In this document: one piece after another, positions 58,819 through 64,000 of the stretch
Numbering within the stretch: the first letter of the stretch is position 1
Layout of the letters: every line of letters begins with the position of its first letter
Virus record (IMG/VR): IMGVR_UViG_3300021431_000002
Length of the DNA: 64,000 nucleotides
DNA from: a virus
Taxonomy: Duplodnaviria > Heunggongvirae > Uroviricota > Caudoviricetes
Strand: one strand, 5' to 3'
Notes under the pieces: model-generated
The model's database searches: none
What the model was told of the DNA's origin: nothing
Seen by the model: only the letters and a program-made list of their open reading frames with translations
Made by a program: the position numbers and the translations under genes

Positions 58819-59572
58819 ATTTGGTAAAGAAAATATTGAGTTGTTAAACAAGGCTGTTGAGTCAGTACCAAGCGAACTCAATGTCTTGCTTTCAGTACCA
58901 AGTGGCACTGATAGAAAGAAGTTGAAGGGAATTAATGATAGGCTTGGTGTTGTGTCAGAGTCAGAAGGTAGTTCTTTCGCAGAACTTGTAAATGCTGCTG
59001 TTAATACAATCGAAGAGAAATGGTTCTCAATCCTTGAATTTGATGACACATATACACCAATCTGGTATGATAACGCCAAAAAGTACATTGAATTTATGCC
59101 AAGCACAAGTGTATTCATGTATCTTGAGGATATTACAGATTTCAATGACGGAAAGTATATTGGTTTCGGAAACTCAGAGGCTTGGGCGAGTTCTTTTTCA
59201 AACGAGATTGGTTTCATTGATAATGATTGCTTGCAAAACTATTTTGATTTCTACCTAACAGGTAGTATCTTTAATACTGCTGATTGGCGTGAAATTGGAG
59301 GGCTTAAGCCACAAATTAAACTAACGTTTTGGTATGAATGGCTGTTACGTGCAACTAATAAGAATAAGACTGTTTATGTAATTCCAAAGGTAGGATACAA
59401 CCACAAGCTTGGAAGAAAAGGGTCACTAGTAGAAGTATATAGAAACACGATGTCAAAAGAGGAAATCGAGTTTAGTTTTGACCTTGCGAAGAAAGAATAT
59501 TTTTATCATCCATCAGTTGAAAGAGATTTATCTAAATTTATTTTTAAGCCTAATGAAGAAACTAACAACTAA
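58784..59572 (+). CDS. GT-A (GT2-like) glycosyltransferase
   Basis: VVIIP..LVNAAV..FSILEFDD..IGGLK..YEWLLR. Confidence 0.65.
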   Translation: MKELVVIIPMNEFGKENIELLNKAVESVPSELNVLLSVPSGTDRKKLKGINDRLGVVSESEGSSFAELVNAAVNTIEEKWFSILEFDDTYTPIWYDNAKKYIEFMPSTSVFMYLEDITDFNDGKYIGFGNSEAWASSFSNEIGFIDNDCLQNYFDFYLTGSIFNTADWREIGGLKPQIKLTFWYEWLLRATNKNKTVYVIPKVGYNHKLGRKGSLVEVYRNTMSKEEIEFSFDLAKKEYFYHPSVERDLSKFIFKPNEETNN

Positions 59573-60503
59573 AGAATTCAAAGATAGGATTTTATTAATT
59601 CATAAAAATAAATTTATTTATGACAAAACAGATTTAGAAAATCGTGATGAAAAGGGGCGAGTAATTATTACTTGCCCTATACATGGAGATTTTTTGCAAA
59701 CACCTAAAAATCATCTACATGGGCAAGGTTGCCCAAAATGTAGCCATAAATCCACTAAATATACAGTTGAAGAAATTAAAGAAAAAATAAGAAAAAAATA
59801 TAACGGTAAATATGATGTTTCACTAATTACTGAATATAGTAATAATACACAAAAACTACCATTAATTTGTGATGAACATGGATATTTTGAAGCAACCTGG
59901 AATGATTTAGACAACAATCATGGATGCCAAAAATGTGGAAAAATAAAAAATTATGAATCACTTAGAAAAACATCAAAAACGTTTATAGAAGAAGCAATAA
60001 AAATTCATGGTAGTAACTATGATTATTCTTTTGTAGACTATAAAAGAGCGCATAGTTATATTAGTTTAAAATGCAATAAATGTGGTCATTTATTTAAAAT
60101 AATGCCAAATGAGCATCTAAAAGGTAAAGGATGCCCAAGATGTAATGAAAGTCATTTAGAAAATGAAATAAGATTATTCTTAGAAACAAACAATATTGAT
60201 TTCTATGACAAAAAACATTTTAATTGGCTAGGACTCCAACATTTAGATTTTTATTTACCAAAATATAATATGGGAATAGAATGTCAAGGAAAACAACATT
60301 TTGAAGCCGTTAAACATTTTGGCGGATTACAAGGCTATAAAACTCGTTTTTTATTAGATAAAAATAAAAAAGAACTTTGTAAAGAACATAATGTTAGAAT
60401 ATTGTATTATACTCACGAAGATTATGATTCATTTTTAGGCGAACAATTAATTAAAAACACTGATAAACTTTTAGAAGAGATAAAAAAAGAAGAAAATGAA
60501 TAA
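59553..60503 (+). mobile_element. Free-standing homing endonuclease (Zn-ribbon repeats + PD-(D/E)xK)
   Basis: CPIHGDF..GQGCPKC-type repeats; LDFYLP..IECQGKQHF; likely ATG 59553. Confidence 0.8.
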
Positions 60504-60894
60504 ATACGATAGAGAAATTCTAGGCGAAAGAATATCTATACTTTCTGTGGATAAAAGTACCTCAAATGAAGTTGTTTTAGAGATGATATATAAAGATTTA
60601 TCAATAAAATTGGATTTTATTAAGAACCTTTATCCGTTTTTTAATGGTGGGTTGGTTATGTATGATATAATGTTCAAACATTATGGGATAAAAATTAAGC
60701 CCATACTAAAAAATGGTGATACTCTTGAACGTTTTAAGGATACGTTTGAAGAATGCGAGAAAGCATTTGAAAATGGTATGTTTAATGTAGAAAGAAACTA
60801 TTTTGGGCGTGGCGAATGGCCTATCATATTATTTGATAGGGTGTCTCAGATAGATAAAGATAAAGATTGGATAACATACACAATCACAAGATAA
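60496..60894 (+). CDS. Hypothetical protein
   Basis: 132 aa ORF. Confidence 0.6.
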   Translation: MNKYDREILGERISILSVDKSTSNEVVLEMIYKDLSIKLDFIKNLYPFFNGGLVMYDIMFKHYGIKIKPILKNGDTLERFKDTFEECEKAFENGMFNVERNYFGRGEWPIILFDRVSQIDKDKDWITYTITR

Positions 60895-60902
60895 AAATAT
60901 TT

Positions 60903-60939
60903 AATGGCATTAATTGTGATGGTTAATGCCATTTTATTT
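60903..60939 (+). terminator. Intrinsic terminator
   Basis: aatggcattaa...ttaatgccatt followed by a T-rich tract. Confidence 0.6.
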
Positions 60940-61088
60940 GTTTCATCAAAACGGCAACACAAAGATTCTATAATTATAGAATGTGAAAGAAAGTGTGTTT
61001 ATTTTACGCAGATTTGCCTTTGATTAGATATTTAAATATTAAAATAACCAATACAAGGAATAATCCCTAAATATAAATATCCTATACA

Positions 61089-61862
61089 ATGTCAGAAATT
61101 TGCGTAACTGAAGAAAAGGTAAAGAAAAAAAGAGGCAGAAAGCCATCTAAAGAAAGAAAAGGCTACTTTTATGAGGAGCAAGAAGAGGCTGTGGTTAATT
61201 ATATATCTACAGATGATGAAAAAGAAAAAAACAAAATTTTCAACACAATTTTAAAACCAGCTTTTACGAAGATGATTGAATCAATCATAAGGAGGTATAA
61301 TTTGTATCCGCCTGACGAAGAGTTTGAGACTACATTTAATGACACCATATCTTTTCTTATGACTAAATTGTCGTGCTTTGACCCAACAACAAACTACAAA
61401 GCATACTCTTATTGTGGAACAATTTGTAAGAATTATTTGATATATAAAATCAATCAATTTTCTAAAAATCAGAAAAGAAACATATCATATGATAATCCGC
61501 TTGAGCCAATTCAAAACGATATTAGCGATAGTATAACATATTCATATGATGAAACAGACCCAAGAAAAACATTTTTGTCTGAACTTACTGGTAATACCGT
61601 AGAGGGTATCGAAAAAATCCTTTCTGAAAAAGAAAAAATGAAGCTCAATGAAAATGAAATTAAAGTTGGAAAAGCTTTAATCAACCTAATGCAAAACTGG
61701 GATGAACTATTTGCACAAATGGGTAGTAATAAGTTTAATAAAAGTTCAATATTGTTATTCTTGAAAGAAACAACAATGCTTAACACTAAAGAAATAAGGG
61801 ATGCCATAAAAGTCTATAAGAAAAAATATTATGACATTAAGTTAAAACTTATTAATGAATAA
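61089..61862 (+). CDS. Phage sigma factor, T4 gp55-like (putative late transcription)
   Basis: YF..EQEEAV...FDPTTNYKAYSYCGTICKNYL resembles sigma region 2 (FDP...AF.YF..I). Confidence 0.6.
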   Translation: MSEICVTEEKVKKKRGRKPSKERKGYFYEEQEEAVVNYISTDDEKEKNKIFNTILKPAFTKMIESIIRRYNLYPPDEEFETTFNDTISFLMTKLSCFDPTTNYKAYSYCGTICKNYLIYKINQFSKNQKRNISYDNPLEPIQNDISDSITYSYDETDPRKTFLSELTGNTVEGIEKILSEKEKMKLNENEIKVGKALINLMQNWDELFAQMGSNKFNKSSILLFLKETTMLNTKEIRDAIKVYKKKYYDIKLKLINE

Positions 61863-61891
61863 TTCAAAATAAAATATTTATAACAAAAAAT

Positions 61892-62290
61892 ATGGGAAAG
61901 CTTAAAATTGAACTTAACGATACCCAAAATATAAGAGACCTTTTGCAAAATGCATATAATTTGGCAGACGAGCAGATTGTACAAGCACAGAACGAAATAA
62001 ACAAACTATCTGTTGCCACTCAACTGCAAGATGAGCCAATGGAGGCTAGAAGTAAGTATGCAAAGGCAATTAACGATTATCTTGGGTTAAAAGACAAAGC
62101 AATCTCTAAAAAAATAGAAATTGCTAAAATATTGACAGACATATATCACCATAACGGTGATGTAAAAGGTGCTTTAGAAGGAAATGAAACGGCACTTAAC
62201 GAAATGGCATTTAATTTCGATGACATCAAAAAAATTGTAGATGATTCATTGCAAGAAAAAACTAAAAAAATTGAACTAAATAAAAAATAA
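61892..62290 (+). CDS. Hypothetical helical protein
   Basis: 132 aa; TATTTATA at 61875-61882. Confidence 0.65.
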   Translation: MGKLKIELNDTQNIRDLLQNAYNLADEQIVQAQNEINKLSVATQLQDEPMEARSKYAKAINDYLGLKDKAISKKIEIAKILTDIYHHNGDVKGALEGNETALNEMAFNFDDIKKIVDDSLQEKTKKIELNKK

Positions 62291-64000
62291 TGGCAAGCGT
62301 AAAAAAAATGCAAGAAGAAGCAATGGCTTCTATTGATACAGCCAAAGCATTGGTTGACAAAGTGTTGACAATAATGGAAATTATTATTGTTGACCCTTCA
62401 CTTGCATTATCTTTTTCCACCAATCCAATAGGCTATTTGATTCAATTACTTAAGCACTTAGGGGTAACACGAGAAGAACTAGAGACATGGCTTACCAATT
62501 TCCTTATTTACGTAGTACCAGTCCTTGAGATTTCTGTTAAAGCAATTTTATTAACAAATCTTAAAAACATGATTTCTTGCTCAGTTGACCCTAGGATTCC
62601 AGAAAAATATAGAAAAAGACATAAAGCCCCCACAGATGATGGCACATCACAAGAATATGGAATTGATATTAATATAGAATCCATTGATTTTATGGATAAA
62701 TTATCAATAAATCCGCTTGGAGAATTTGGTTCTAACTGGTATTTTGGTCTTGAAGGTGTAGAAGATTCATATAAATTTGCTAGGGCTGATGATATGGATG
62801 CCTTTTTATGGTTTGTTATTCACAAAGGTAAATTCCCTAATTCGGCAATTTTAAGCGGTGAAACAACCAACGAAATAGCATCTTCATTAAACAGCTTATA
62901 TCATAATAACCCAAACGTATTACCTTCAGATGGAACACTTTTATCAACATTAGAAGCGATGTATGACGCAAGTAATCCATCTTCTATTTTATTGGGTAAT
63001 ACATTCGCATATAAAGATGGTCACATAGTTTCTATGTGTATCGACAATAAAACTGATGATGTTGAAAATATCGTACATAATACATTAGTTCCAGTATCAG
63101 ATGATTGGTCATCAGTCAATTGGTATGCTAGACGTGCTGACCAACTTGGAAAGAATCTTGGATTTGGCTGGGGTGTTAACCAAAAAAATGGTAATACAAA
63201 ATATAAAGGAAATAATAGAGATTTCAGTAAAGAAAGGGCAATTTGTAATATACAATACATAGACCAAGCATCAAGCGATGCACCATTGACTGGTTTGGTT
63301 AATAACAAGTTACGTTTTACTATTCTTCCTAAACCATATATACATATTCCTATTTTATCTGAAGGAGAAGCACCTTGGCAGTTTAAAAAAATGCTATTCG
63401 ATGATAAAGGTAATTTTGACGCTAACGGAAAATATACATTTGCCGAAGGTGTTGTAGTAACTGAAACTGAAACCGAAGAAACTGAAAGTAAAGATAAAAA
63501 AATAAAATTTATCACATTTACTACACCACATGCTGTAGTAAAACTAAACATAAGAAGTCGTGAAGTTACAGTTGATAATCCTGCGGAGTTAGCCAAAGAC
63601 TTGATGGAGTGTTATCCTGGTCTTACTGTTTTTGAATTTAACTATGATTATGTAATGAGTATAAAGCTTTTCGATGCGAAAGTATTGGCTCATTCATTGA
63701 TGGAATCTGTTCTCAATACAAATTTGGGTCTCAGTGTTGGTGTCGGAATGAGACACCAAGAATCCACCGAAACCATTAAGGAAATAATTAAAAACATTCT
63801 TGAGACCGATGATTCTGAAATAAGCGATTGTTATTATACTTTTGATAATAGTAAATACGACTCCCTTCTAAGAAGGGCAGAAGAAAAAAGAGCTAGACAG
63901 CAAAGATTTGGTAACGTAACGCATGAAGTTGGTTTATTTGATAGTGTTAGCAACATTCTTAACGAATATGACGCTAATTCTGAGTTACATGAGCAAGTAG
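62290..64000 (+). CDS. Large hypothetical protein, partial (runs off the right edge)
   Basis: ATG 62290 is coupled to the upstream TAA; MASVKKMQEEAM...; the frame was spot-checked and appears open to the window end. Confidence 0.75.
   Translation, partial: MASVKKMQEEAMASIDTAKALVDKVLTIMEIIIVDPSLALSFSTNPIGYLIQLLKHLGVTREELETWLTNFLIYVVPVLEISVKAILLTNLKNMISCSVDPRIPEKYRKRHKAPTDDGTSQEYGIDINIESIDFMDKLSINPLGEFGSNWYFGLEGVEDSYKFARADDMDAFLWFVIHKGKFPNSAILSGETTNEIASSLNSLYHNNPNVLPSDGTLLSTLEAMYDASNPSSILLGNTFAYKDGHIVSMCIDNKTDDVENIVHNTLVPVSDDWSSVNWYARRADQLGKNLGFGWGVNQKNGNTKYKGNNRDFSKERAICNIQYIDQASSDAPLTGLVNNKLRFTILPKPYIHIPILSEGEAPWQFKKMLFDDKGNFDANGKYTFAEGVVVTETETEETESKDKKIKFITFTTPHAVVKLNIRSREVTVDNPAELAKDLMECYPGLTVFEFNYDYVMSIKLFDAKVLAHSLMESVLNTNLGLSVGVGMRHQESTETIKEIIKNILETDDSEISDCYYTFDNSKYDSLLRRAEEKRARQQRFGNVTHEVGLFDSVSNILNEYDANSELHEQV

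Noticed and set aside
60470-60503. Target-site duplication at the end of the third homing endonuclease (KKEENE vs upstream gene ends)
   Set aside because: The similarity is only low-complexity K/E sequence; there is no convincing nucleotide match like the sheath case.
63021-63596. 191-aa minus-strand ORF from the track
   Set aside because: It is the antisense shadow of the long plus-strand ORF starting at 62290.
1-64000. Alternative genetic code (TAG or TGA recoding, as in some gut Bacteroidota phages)
   Set aside because: Long genes (polymerase, sheath, fibres) are uninterrupted in the standard code, and TAG/TGA end plausible full-length genes (e.g. 32600, 45622, 29325).
1-64000. tRNA, rRNA or group I/II intron
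   Set aside because: No cloverleaf/T-loop signature or interrupted gene with intron features was recognised by eye; tRNAscan-SE and Infernal would be needed to exclude them fully.

Overview
This 64-kb window looks like part of a large, AT-rich, contractile-tailed (jumbo myovirus-type) phage genome read in the standard genetic code. The host is very likely a Bacteroidota species, because at least eight -33 TTTG / -7 TAnnTTTG promoters with 19-20 nt spacing precede the non-structural genes. Recognisable genes are: a family B DNA polymerase with a LAGLIDADG intein, tail sheath, tail tube, a gp26/gp51-like hub-assembly pair, several long coiled-coil fibre-like proteins, PhoH, dUTPase, an IMPDH/GMP-reductase, a gp55-like sigma factor, an AAA ATPase, a SprT-like metalloprotease, five glycosyltransferase genes and three zinc-ribbon PD-(D/E)xK homing endonucleases. 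The most notable observations are: (1) a SLOG-like gene facing a large PRTase+HAD fusion, the domain set of ShosTA, where the fusion carries possible prohead-protease [IL]-x-E motifs; (2) a G9 tract that puts one gene out of frame; (3) a homing endonuclease whose last codons are a wobble-recoded copy of the neighbouring sheath gene's 3' end; (4) a strand-specific TATTTATA putative late-promoter motif, the reverse complement of the T4 late box; (5) stand-alone major-capsid-like and tail-tube-like fragments. All annotations come from motif recognition by eye; no database searches were run. No tRNA, rRNA or CRISPR array was recognised.
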